Shown here piece by piece: positions 9,155 through 17,651 of a stretch of DNA of 40,000 nucleotides. The stretch covers positions 568,990 through 608,989 of the forward strand of contig NC_017459.1 of NCBI RefSeq assembly GCF_000237865.1, written 5' to 3'. The stretch's first letter is position 1; each line of letters begins with the position of its first letter. This stretch comes from Haloquadratum walsbyi C23. Its GTDB lineage: Archaea; Halobacteriota; Halobacteria; Halobacteriales; Haloferacaceae. The notes beneath the pieces were generated by a model. It did no database searches, was not told the origin of the DNA, and worked only from the letters and a program-made list of their open reading frames with translations. Position numbers and translations under genes: made by a program.

Positions 9155-11251
9155 TCATGATTCCTTTTTTTGCAGTTCTCCGTCAACTATCATACCGTCC
9201 TCATTATTTGTATTGATGAGTGATTTTATTTCACTATCCGGAACTGGAGCTGAAAGGAATCGCTCTCTCAACCCATCAAGTGAAATTGTCTCACCCTTAT
9301 CAAGATTGTATGTGAGTACGTTTGTTAACTCCTGCCGCAGACGGTCACTATCGTACACGATAATCGTTCCATCGGTATTTTCGATTGCGGTGTGGTCAGC
9401 ACGTTCAGCCCATAACACGAGCAAGCATGGAACGTATGATTCATCAATTTGATATGACATTGTTGAACTCAGGTATGTTTTCTCATCAAACTGCGTCGAA
9501 AACCGTGATGCAAGATCATCAAGATACGCTGAGGCTTCCTCAATTATTCCATCACAGACCCGGTCTTGAAGTGTTATTGATGGTACTGATAGCGATATTT
9601 CAGTATCATCACTCACAGAGATCTCCGTTTCAGCTGACCCGAAGTCATCAACAGCAGCTACTGCTGTAACTGTATATTCGCCGAATGGGACATCACTGAA
9701 CGTTGCGGTCCCAACAAGTGGCGTCTCAACGGTCATTTCATCCGTATAGTCCGTACCGTCCAAAACGATTCGAATTTGACGATCAGAACCACCACGTTCG
9801 AACTGGACAGTCACTGTCACGGTGTATGTTTCAGTTCCCCCAACTCGTCTGAGACTTGGAACATCCATGTTGAGTGTCACATGATCGGGGTGTGACCGAT
9901 AATACAGTCCTAAGAACTGAGTCTCATGATTTCGGACAGGAAGCTCCTCGCCGGTAATTTGCCCATCGCTCTGAAGCGCAGATTCAATCACCGGTTCAAC
10001 TTGATTATATCCGCTGATGACAGCGACTTTTGGCTTGACCTTGTCAATTCCGTTCATCAGTGCATCAACTGCCGTAGCCCATCGCTGTTCAAACGTTTGA
10101 AGGGTATCACTATCCTGCACTTTTCTGAGATAATCTGTCTCAACCGCTGCAGGTGGTGTATAATATCCATCTGGAATATCCGCATCAGCGAGCTCTGCAT
10201 CCATTGAATTGAGCTCTGTGGTCAGCGCGTCAATGATCTCAGTGCACTCTGCTCGCGTTTTCTTTCGATGCATCGCAAGTGTTGAAAGATCGACAGCATC
10301 AGTAAGTTCGGCGACAGATCGCCTTCTCTGAGCGATGTCCGGTGCTGAGTCAGGAAGGTACTGCTCGATATTGTACTCATCAACTGTCTGTAGAAGCGAC
10401 TGAAGTTGCTCTCGATTTGTCTTGAATGTGCTTTCACCCTTGGTTTTAATTGCATCGCGTGCACGGAGGAGTGCAGTCACTGCATCAATTATTTGATAAC
10501 TGCTGGCTGCTTCCCGTGCCGTCTCAACCTCTGTTTCGATCGCTGTCGTCTCAATATCATCAGCACTCCGTGCAATGGATTGAATTGTCTCTGCGGCCGC
10601 ATCAACCGTCTCTACTGCCTGCCCTCGAGCAGCCTCGAGTGACTCACCCGCAGCAGCAACTTCTGCACCTGCGGTTGTCGTTGTGACATCAATCGCACGT
10701 ACAGCGTCTCCACCATCCTCAATGAGTGCATCCAGTCGATCGAGCGACTCAGCGATCGTCTCAATGCGGTCTTCGACAGTCTCAGCGAACGCTGCTGGCA
10801 GTTCCTCCTCAATATCATCGACCTGTCCTGATAATGAATTAATTGTTTCAAGATCTGAAACATTACCAACTGAAAACGCACCAGTTTCTGTGTCGACATC
10901 GATTCCTGCTGTTTGAAGATCACGCTGCAGTGAATCAATCCCAAGTCCAACTCCAGTATCAATGATAGCCGGATATGTTTGTTTCAATTGTTGGCGTGTC
11001 TGCCAGATATCACTGAACGTCTCACCAACTTCTCGCGCACGTCGTCGAGTATACTGCGTTTGGTCCGTCCCGCTTGCGTCAACTCGTCGTTGAATCCAGA
11101 CACCACCGCTGATGAGTAACAACGGTACCATCCCAACTGCTGCATATACTGCCCACTGTGACCCAACAGCGACGAAAACACCTGCACTCACCGCTCCAGC
11201 AAACACAACGAGTCCAATAAGACCGGCGGCTGTCCGAGTTGATGATTTCAT
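9155..11251 (-). CDS. Membrane-anchored protein (698 aa): two N-terminal TMs, acidic alpha-helical region of about 400 aa, carboxypeptidase-regulatory/PEGA-like beta-sandwich, C-terminal alpha/beta domain
   Basis: ORF-track model 9155..11347 overlaps the upstream gene by 100 nt. ATG 11251 overlaps its stop as ATGA and starts MKSSTRTAAGLIGLVVFAGAVSAGVFVAV. A positive cluster follows TM2 (IQRRV...RRRAREV). Helical repeats such as DRIETIAESLDRLDALIEDGGDAVRAIDV. Beta motif: ATFSDVPFGEYTVTAVA. Confidence 0.85.
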   Translation of the reverse strand: MKSSTRTAAGLIGLVVFAGAVSAGVFVAVGSQWAVYAAVGMVPLLLISGGVWIQRRVDASGTDQTQYTRRRAREVGETFSDIWQTRQQLKQTYPAIIDTGVGLGIDSLQRDLQTAGIDVDTETGAFSVGNVSDLETINSLSGQVDDIEEELPAAFAETVEDRIETIAESLDRLDALIEDGGDAVRAIDVTTTTAGAEVAAAGESLEAARGQAVETVDAAAETIQSIARSADDIETTAIETEVETAREAASSYQIIDAVTALLRARDAIKTKGESTFKTNREQLQSLLQTVDEYNIEQYLPDSAPDIAQRRRSVAELTDAVDLSTLAMHRKKTRAECTEIIDALTTELNSMDAELADADIPDGYYTPPAAVETDYLRKVQDSDTLQTFEQRWATAVDALMNGIDKVKPKVAVISGYNQVEPVIESALQSDGQITGEELPVRNHETQFLGLYYRSHPDHVTLNMDVPSLRRVGGTETYTVTVTVQFERGGSDRQIRIVLDGTDYTDEMTVETPLVGTATFSDVPFGEYTVTAVAAVDDFGSAETEISVSDDTEISLSVPSITLQDRVCDGIIEEASAYLDDLASRFSTQFDEKTYLSSTMSYQIDESYVPCLLVLWAERADHTAIENTDGTIIVYDSDRLRQELTNVLTYNLDKGETISLDGLRERFLSAPVPDSEIKSLINTNNEDGMIVDGELQKKES

Positions 11252-12369
11252 AATATTGCTCCTATTGTTCCACTGAGGACAGCGATAATAATCCCAGCAA
11301 GAATCAATGCGCCACCACCACCGAGTTGAGCGGAAATTGCAGACCACTCCAGTTGCCGACCAAAGTCGGCGAAATCCCTAGTTTTCCGTCCAAGTATGTG
11401 TGTCCGATAACCAGCAATAACAGCTCCAAGTGCAATTCCTGGGACCGCACCAATCGCGAGATTACTTAACACGCTAATTCGCGCACGCTGCTCAACGGCT
11501 GCAAGTTTCGTTGCATACTGACTCATGGTTGCATTTACCGCCTGCGATTGGTTCTGTTGTTCTGCTGTAATTTCCTCAAATGCATTTAGATGAGGTTCTG
11601 AGCCGTCGCGCGCACGATTGAACAACTGCCTACGGAGTTCTGCTGCATCCGCGCGGGCAGCCGTTCGTGACGCGTTCAGTGTGTTGAGTGTCCGGTTGGC
11701 TTCCTGAAGTTTGCTTACAGTCATATCGACACGTTGTTCATTGGCTGTGAGTTCCTCAGTAGTCGTATTAAGTGAATTAAGTGATTCTGTTATTGATTCC
11801 GTGGCATTACGGTAATCCTGCTCATTGCCTCGGTATGCAGTAGCATTCGAAAATACAAGTGGCTCCTGTGCTAAATCTGATTTGACAGTCCCCTCACGCT
11901 GTGTCTGTATTCGTACTGTATTATCAACAGATGCGCTCAGGGTGGTGTCATCGAGCGTCACGACTGTACTATCGAAGCCGACCGTCGCTCGATATGTTCG
12001 CCCATTGGCACTCGGTGAAATATCAACCAGATTTTCCGTATCAATATCCCATACTGTTGTCTCTCCTGGCTGAGGTCGCTCCGCACCGTTTGCTGTGCAG
12101 TACCCGATGTATAATTCAGTTCCTGGATACACTGGTGTGTTAGCATCATATTGCTGATTATTTAGGAAGACAACAACTGTATCAGTCTCTCCCTGACACG
12201 CGCTCTCGACGGTCTCCTCAGCGGGTTGAACAGCAGCAACTCCGCCGGTTGCTACCGTGAGTGTCACACCAACATTAACAATTAATATAATGACAACGAC
12301 TCCATATCGTATCCACTGTCGGCATTGCATCGGCAATTCATGTTCTTGTGGACGGTTTGTATTCGTCAT
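11248..12369 (-). CDS. Membrane protein (373 aa): N-terminal TM, beta-rich ectodomain, sequon-dense coiled-coil-like segment, two C-terminal TMs
   Basis: ATG 12369 overlaps the upstream stop (ATGA). TM is IRYGVVVIILIVNVGVTLTVATGGV. There are seven N-x-S/T sequons (NAT, NAT, NTT, NRT, NAS, NQS, NAT) in about 110 residues. C-terminal anchor: EQRARISVLSNLAIGAVPGIALGAVIAGYR, plus GGGGALILAGIIIAVLSGTIGAIL. Confidence 0.85.
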   Translation of the reverse strand: MTNTNRPQEHELPMQCRQWIRYGVVVIILIVNVGVTLTVATGGVAAVQPAEETVESACQGETDTVVVFLNNQQYDANTPVYPGTELYIGYCTANGAERPQPGETTVWDIDTENLVDISPSANGRTYRATVGFDSTVVTLDDTTLSASVDNTVRIQTQREGTVKSDLAQEPLVFSNATAYRGNEQDYRNATESITESLNSLNTTTEELTANEQRVDMTVSKLQEANRTLNTLNASRTAARADAAELRRQLFNRARDGSEPHLNAFEEITAEQQNQSQAVNATMSQYATKLAAVEQRARISVLSNLAIGAVPGIALGAVIAGYRTHILGRKTRDFADFGRQLEWSAISAQLGGGGALILAGIIIAVLSGTIGAIL

Positions 12370-12638
12370 AGCTGATTATCCCAGTACAGAAACACACCAA
12401 TACTCCCAAGAATGCTCCCGATGCCTGCTCCGAGGAGTACACCAGCCCCAATATGTTGTATTGTTTGTTGGCTTGTCTTCACCGCTGCAAGCACTGATTC
12501 TGTCTGCATTTGCATGGTTGATGCGCTCGGTGGTGCTGCACCAGCAACAGGATCTGGTGTGAGAGCAATTATTACGCCTACACAAACAAATATACCAACA
12601 GTGACGACCATCCCAATGGTAATCGGTTCACGTCTCAT
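12366..12638 (-). CDS. Small two-TM membrane protein (90 aa)
   Basis: The ATG shares one base with the stop of the upstream tubulin-like gene (TGATG), and its own stop overlaps the next start (ATGA). TMs are ITIGMVVTVGIFVCVGVIIAL and IGAGVLLGAGIGSILGSIGVFLY. Confidence 0.75.
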   Translation of the reverse strand: MRREPITIGMVVTVGIFVCVGVIIALTPDPVAGAAPPSASTMQMQTESVLAAVKTSQQTIQHIGAGVLLGAGIGSILGSIGVFLYWDNQL

Positions 12639-13927
12639 CAGGCAATCACCGCGTCTGATTCCGTTTCATATTCTTCTGCAAGCGTCTCTAATTCAGTAAG
12701 TCGCTCAAGATCCTCTCGTCGATATGTAAATAAAGTTGTGAATGAAACCAAACTTCGATTTGTCAATGTTGCACCAAGATTCACCTCATCACATCGGGCA
12801 TGGAGAAATGACCGCAACGTCGATGTCTGAATTTGGTAGTCTGTATCAGCAATATACGTCGAAGGTGCACGCAACAGTCCAATTGCCTTTCGTGCCTCCC
12901 GTGTATCGACGTCTGCAACAGTTTGTTTTAGTTCAGCGACTTGTGAGAGTGCTGTTGCATCAATCTCATTTTGTCCAATAAACGGCAATAGATATCCAGC
13001 GAGTGATTTCGTCATCTCCACCGACCGACCCATCGACGCGTATCCGGTTTCGGTATCCTCCCCCAGACCGAATGAAAGGCTCGTTACGATATCTTGAATA
13101 TCAATAATTGGTGGATCAACATCATATTCGCTCCGATCAATCCGCTCAAGAACAGTCCCTGAAATGAGACTCACAATTGCAGAGGCGACGTATTCGTTTA
13201 GATCCGTGAACTGTCCCTCTGCGGCTTCATGATATGAAAGCCGTTCATTATCAATGAGGATGATGCCATCTGCAACCTGCTCAATCTGATTGAGTCCATA
13301 GCGAGCATTCCAGGCTTGTCGACTCGGTGAAGCGCCCTCATCAGATTCATTATTGACCGTCCCAACCGGACCCTGAGTATTTGGAAGCACACAGACCGCG
13401 ATTGTTTTGCATGTTCCGCCGGTGTACTCATCAATCGCATCGATAATATGTGCAGTGATTCCACACCCTGTTCCGCCACCAAGTCCACAGAACACAAACG
13501 CAAACGGTACGTTCGTTTCCTCAGTTTCGACCACTGGGTCTGTCGCTGTTGTTCCGGTATCATCCTCTGAGCTATCACCAGTATTCACCGTCTCTTCTTC
13601 GAATTTAATCTGCTCTGTCAATTCATCATACAATGTATTATCAAGCGCTGCCCGGTTATTCGTGATTACCTCATCAGCTCGAACCGGATTGCGCCCGAAT
13701 CCACCTGTCACCTGCTCTTCGAATCCATCTGTCGTTCCCGGGACCAGTCCTGCACCTTCAGCAATTCCGTACCAACTATTTCGATCGATATTTGTGAGCT
13801 TCCGCAGGTCTCTGACTGTCGAATTGAAAACAAGATGTGTCGCAATCTCATCCATATTATTATGAGCGAATATCTCGTCCACAATAGAACTGCCAGCCTG
13901 TCCTGCACCCACAAAAAGGTATGGCAT
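12638..13927 (-). CDS. Divergent tubulin/CetZ-like GTPase, paralogue 2 (429 aa)
   Basis: T1 GAGQAGS (13889..13909; tubulin/CetZ-type GQAG). T3-like GGFGRNPVRA. T4 GLGGGTGCG (13460..13486). VLPNTQGP...NARYGL and IILIDNERL resemble tubulin DNEAL and CetZ FDNDAW. T7-like PIIDIQDIVTSL. Acidic C-terminal tail EEYETESDAVIA. Confidence 0.85.
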   Translation of the reverse strand: MPYLFVGAGQAGSSIVDEIFAHNNMDEIATHLVFNSTVRDLRKLTNIDRNSWYGIAEGAGLVPGTTDGFEEQVTGGFGRNPVRADEVITNNRAALDNTLYDELTEQIKFEEETVNTGDSSEDDTGTTATDPVVETEETNVPFAFVFCGLGGGTGCGITAHIIDAIDEYTGGTCKTIAVCVLPNTQGPVGTVNNESDEGASPSRQAWNARYGLNQIEQVADGIILIDNERLSYHEAAEGQFTDLNEYVASAIVSLISGTVLERIDRSEYDVDPPIIDIQDIVTSLSFGLGEDTETGYASMGRSVEMTKSLAGYLLPFIGQNEIDATALSQVAELKQTVADVDTREARKAIGLLRAPSTYIADTDYQIQTSTLRSFLHARCDEVNLGATLTNRSLVSFTTLFTYRREDLERLTELETLAEEYETESDAVIA

Positions 13928-13953
13928 TATTGTATCTATGTTTAATCCACTCT

Positions 13954-13959
13954 GATAAA
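13954..13959 (-). promoter_or_regulatory. TATA-like box (TTTATC) for the module starting at 13927, geometry suggesting a leaderless transcript
   Basis: The box ends 26 nt upstream of ATG 13927, within the only sizeable gap (108 nt) between genes 14036..15751 and 12638..13927. Confidence 0.4.
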
Positions 13960-14035
13960 CATGTCTGCTCGCTCAGGATTATATCTGTTATGCGAGTACG
14001 TAACCAACTCTACTGCGTTATGATGATCATCACGG

Positions 14036-15751
14036 TCACCCGCGTAACTGCTCGAGTAGCACACTGTATGCTTGACGCTCATATAGCTCCATCACCCAAT
14101 CAAGTGTCTCATCAGCGGCCTGTAAATACCCAATTGCTCGGTCGGTATTCCCTGCTGCTCGTGCATCATCAGCTGCTTCCTGCAGTGAGCTCACGAGTTC
14201 AAGAAAGTGAATTGGGATGCTATGATCGTGTGTTGGATACTCAGAAGGATACTCTGTACGAAGGGTTGATCGCCGTGATTCAATCTCTTCAGCGAGTGTC
14301 TGAACGCTAAGCCCACTGGATTCTCCGGTCGGCGACTGTAGTTCTGGGCATAATGTTCGATCATAAAATCGTAATTCCTGTCGCGCTGCATATACACTTA
14401 CACGATCTGCGGGTCCTGCTTGTGAGACAGTTGATTCAAGCTCAGCAGCGCGATCAGCCAATATTTTCCCAATTGCTGCATCGGTTTTTTGAAACTCAGT
14501 CACGAGTGACCCCGCTAACTCAGCGACAGAATCAGTCTCAACCCCCTCGAGCCGGTCTGCGGTAACAGCGGCTTCATCAATTACTGTCACAGCCGATTGC
14601 AGCGTCTCAGCGTACCTCGAAGCAGCAACATCATCTGCTCGGATCACATCAATCAAACTCTGACTTCGACTACTTTGTGGAGAAATTGCTGCCCGCTCAA
14701 TGACAGTATTGATGTCAGTCAGTGCCGTGGTAAAGGCGACTTCCTCATTCGTTAGCGCCGTGGTGATTTCGTCGAGCGCTAAATCGGGATTGGTGTTTGG
14801 ATCAGCACTAACTGACTCACCAGCCTGCTCACGAACAGCGTTGCATATTTTCTCAATGCTCGTAACCATTGACGCCTGTGTACTATGACACTCATCTCTG
14901 TCAGTAACGACATCTGCAAGTCGTTCGCCAATAATTGTGATTGCTGACCCAGCGTCTCCATCGATTTTGACCCCCTTTTGTTGCAGTGTTTGTGCTAATT
15001 GCTCTGGTTCAACATGCGGTCGTACTGTTGACAGTGCTTGGTGTGTCTCAGCATCGCGCTCAATTCGTTCAACTGCTGTGGTAAGTGTATCGGTTAGTCG
15101 TCGTTCAGCAGTGTTATTTGTCGCTTCAAGATACCGAAGAAGTCGGTTCGCAGTGTCTGTCTGTGGGTCTGTCCGTGCTGACGCTGTTTCAGCTGCATTA
15201 GCTAATAACGCCGAGACTGTCTTGTTAGTTGTTTCTGTTCCTTCAGTCATCTTTGTGTGAGTATTTTCACCACTGGTAGTGTTCGTGTCACTCATCACAA
15301 CACTCACATCATCATGGCTTCCTGTCGTCTCCTGCCCTCCAGGCGACGCGTCGGAACCTGATGCAGTTGGTGGGATCAGCTTATTTTGATCTGCAGCGCG
15401 GAGGATTGCAGTCGCCTGCGTTGATGGATTTGCATTTTGATCAACGATTTCTCGTTCGATCAACCTGGCTTCAGCGACAATCTTATTGATAGCGTCGATG
15501 AAGACGGCAGGATCGTGATTTATCTTACCTATTGATTCTGTTGCTTCTGTTGGTTCTATTGTTTCTGACCCTGAGTCACCTTGCGTGCGAATCCCGATAA
15601 TAAATCCTATGACTCCACCAAGAAATAAAGAAATCACCGCCGACCCAGCAAATAATGCTATATTCTCGACACCGAAATCATTGAGTATGTTGATAACGAC
15701 TACCACACCCTTACCGGAAGCCACTCCTGCATCAACGAGTATATTCATCAT
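14036..15751 (-). CDS. Membrane-anchored acidic alpha-helical protein (571 aa), single clear N-terminal TM
   Basis: ORF-track model 14036..15871 overlaps the upstream gene by 113 nt. ATGATG at 15751 lies 7 nt after that gene's TGA and starts MMNILVDAG. TM is IALFAGSAVISLFLGGVIGFIIGI. The remainder is Asp/Glu/Thr/Ala-rich and helical (e.g. RLLRYLEATNNTAERRLTDTLTTAVERIERDAETHQAL). Confidence 0.85.
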   Translation of the reverse strand: MMNILVDAGVASGKGVVVVINILNDFGVENIALFAGSAVISLFLGGVIGFIIGIRTQGDSGSETIEPTEATESIGKINHDPAVFIDAINKIVAEARLIEREIVDQNANPSTQATAILRAADQNKLIPPTASGSDASPGGQETTGSHDDVSVVMSDTNTTSGENTHTKMTEGTETTNKTVSALLANAAETASARTDPQTDTANRLLRYLEATNNTAERRLTDTLTTAVERIERDAETHQALSTVRPHVEPEQLAQTLQQKGVKIDGDAGSAITIIGERLADVVTDRDECHSTQASMVTSIEKICNAVREQAGESVSADPNTNPDLALDEITTALTNEEVAFTTALTDINTVIERAAISPQSSRSQSLIDVIRADDVAASRYAETLQSAVTVIDEAAVTADRLEGVETDSVAELAGSLVTEFQKTDAAIGKILADRAAELESTVSQAGPADRVSVYAARQELRFYDRTLCPELQSPTGESSGLSVQTLAEEIESRRSTLRTEYPSEYPTHDHSIPIHFLELVSSLQEAADDARAAGNTDRAIGYLQAADETLDWVMELYERQAYSVLLEQLRG

Positions 15752-15758
15752 TGTCCAA

Positions 15759-17645
15759 TCACCCCATATTTTCTCGACCAAGACAATCAAACAGTGGCTC
15801 GATTGTTTCCCATGCTTCCCGTAGCTCCTGTGCTTCTTTATTTTCGCTTTGCTCAACAAGCTCTCGCGCATGTTTATACATTCGCTCTAGCGTCGGGAGG
15901 TTTGGATTCCATATGAGCCCCCACAAATAGACATTGTCTACGTGTGGCACAACGAGCTGATTAACATAGATATCAACCGAACTAGGTCCATCATATTGCT
16001 CGCGTGCGAGAAAGTCTTGACCGCTTAGGATTGATGTCAATTCACCATCTTGCAGTAGTGGCTCAAGTTCCTCCATCTTCTCTGCTGGACCATACGCCAT
16101 GAACGTGCCACCCCATGCACTCTTTGGATCAAAATCAACGAGTTGCCCTTGCAGAAGCGTCGATCGTGCAAGTGTATCTAATCGCGCTCTATCGAATCGA
16201 CTGGCACTTGTCGTTCCAATCACTGGCGCCATTACCACAGCGGGAGTGTATGCTCGCTCACTAGCGACGCTATATTTTCGTTGGACTGGGCGAAAACTGT
16301 CTGGAACATCAAACACCTCACCACTAATTCGTTCAGTCCCCGTAGTATCTGCTGACTGTGGTGTTGACGACATCGTAAACGCCTCAAGGAACGTCACCAA
16401 TAGGCGATTTACATCAGTGTACATTGGTGGATTATAATGCTCAAGTGCCGCCTGATCAATATCGACAGCAAAATCGGTTCGCTGTGCATCAAGTTTGCTA
16501 TTATCGAATGGGATGATACCATCAACGTGTTTTGAGAGATATGCCATTCCAACTACCCCACGAACCATCTCTGATGCGCCAAATTCAGTCTCCGACGGAA
16601 GGACCACAGAACTCAAAATTGGCTTCGAAAGTGTCGTTGCGTCTGCAACACCTGTTCCCTCACTCACGAGATTTCGAATATTCTTCGCTAAAACTGGAGT
16701 AGATCCACATCCAGTGCCCTTTGTAACGCTGTGGATCAACATCACAGCCTGTGATGCCTCTAAATCACGCTGGTCAACATCAAGCCGGTCCTTGATTGCA
16801 TTTTTTTCATCCTCAAAATCTTTCTGCATGAGTGTTCGACCAACCTTCCAATTACGCCCTGCACCGCTGTAATTATGATGTCGGTAGCCAATCATCCCAT
16901 TTGTAATGAGTTTTTCTCTTGAAAACGCTCGATCCTGCTGTGCATAAAATGTATTTCCTAACTCCGCAATATTGGTATTCAATCCTGCATAGTCTGCTAG
17001 CCCACCATCCCATACTTGTGCAAGCGGACTATTTTGCTCACGCAGCGTCTCTCGACGGAGTAAAATAGCGTCAAGAATATGATTACCAGCCCCACCGACA
17101 CCAATCATCTGCCATTTATTCCCTGTTGCGCCAACCAGCGGCGTTGACCCAGGGACACTCACACTGTTGTCGACACCCTCGTCACTGATTGCATTCACAC
17201 TCTCACTCTCCAAGCGATTTTGTCCGGCGTCATCACGTATCTCGATAGTGTCGGTCGAATTCGACCCGTTCCCTCTATTTACACTTCGTGTCGACCCCGA
17301 TGATCCTTGATTAGTTGAATTCGATGTTGATTGTGTTAAATTATGTGCTCCTTCCGTATTTGAATTGGTATCACTACTTGCGCTGTCGTTATGATGTGAT
17401 TCACTCTCATTTTGACTTCCAGTGCCTGACGTCGTAATATGTAGTGATGAGTCCTCATCATCGCTATCCGAGCTATCATCGCGATACTGCGGTCGCAACT
17501 CGCCATTGCTATCAAAGATTGTATTATATCGGTCTGCGTATACCTCTTGAACGGATGCTGGTGTTCCTGCATGGTCAGCAGCGATGTGTTCTTCAATACT
17601 TTGCTCATCAATTTCGCGCAGGCAGATTTTGCAATTGTCTGTCAT
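15759..17645 (-). CDS. Zinc-finger-fused divergent tubulin/FtsZ-superfamily GTPase, paralogue 1 (628 aa)
   Basis: N-terminal CKICLREIDEQSIEEHIAADH has the pattern C-x2-C-x11-H-x4-H (17571..17633). Ser/Asn/Asp/Thr low-complexity linker at about residues 55-175. T1 GVGGAGN (17082..17102). T3 GAGRNWKVG (16839..16865; compare tubulin GAGNNWAKG). Degenerate T4 KGTGCGS (16701..16721). VVLPSETEFG...IIPFDNSKL. Starts 6 nt after the upstream stop. Confidence 0.8.
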   Translation of the reverse strand: MTDNCKICLREIDEQSIEEHIAADHAGTPASVQEVYADRYNTIFDSNGELRPQYRDDSSDSDDEDSSLHITTSGTGSQNESESHHNDSASSDTNSNTEGAHNLTQSTSNSTNQGSSGSTRSVNRGNGSNSTDTIEIRDDAGQNRLESESVNAISDEGVDNSVSVPGSTPLVGATGNKWQMIGVGGAGNHILDAILLRRETLREQNSPLAQVWDGGLADYAGLNTNIAELGNTFYAQQDRAFSREKLITNGMIGYRHHNYSGAGRNWKVGRTLMQKDFEDEKNAIKDRLDVDQRDLEASQAVMLIHSVTKGTGCGSTPVLAKNIRNLVSEGTGVADATTLSKPILSSVVLPSETEFGASEMVRGVVGMAYLSKHVDGIIPFDNSKLDAQRTDFAVDIDQAALEHYNPPMYTDVNRLLVTFLEAFTMSSTPQSADTTGTERISGEVFDVPDSFRPVQRKYSVASERAYTPAVVMAPVIGTTSASRFDRARLDTLARSTLLQGQLVDFDPKSAWGGTFMAYGPAEKMEELEPLLQDGELTSILSGQDFLAREQYDGPSSVDIYVNQLVVPHVDNVYLWGLIWNPNLPTLERMYKHARELVEQSENKEAQELREAWETIEPLFDCLGRENMG

Positions 17646-17651
17646 TGTCGG

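Noticed and set aside
11252-11347. N-terminal extension of ORF 9155..11347
   Set aside because: It overlaps the upstream gene by 100 nt (sequence MVCNFRSTRWWWRIDSCW). ATG 11251 forms an ATGA overlap with the upstream stop.
13407-13865. 152-aa plus-strand ORF (also 16099..16437 and 16495..16872 plus-strand)
   Set aside because: Antisense shadows of the tubulin-like genes, with Ser/Pro/Val-rich composition and no motifs.
15752-15871. N-terminal extension of ORF 14036..15871
   Set aside because: It overlaps the upstream gene by 113 nt and is Lys/His-rich, atypical for a halophile. ATGATG at 15751 lies 7 nt after the upstream stop.
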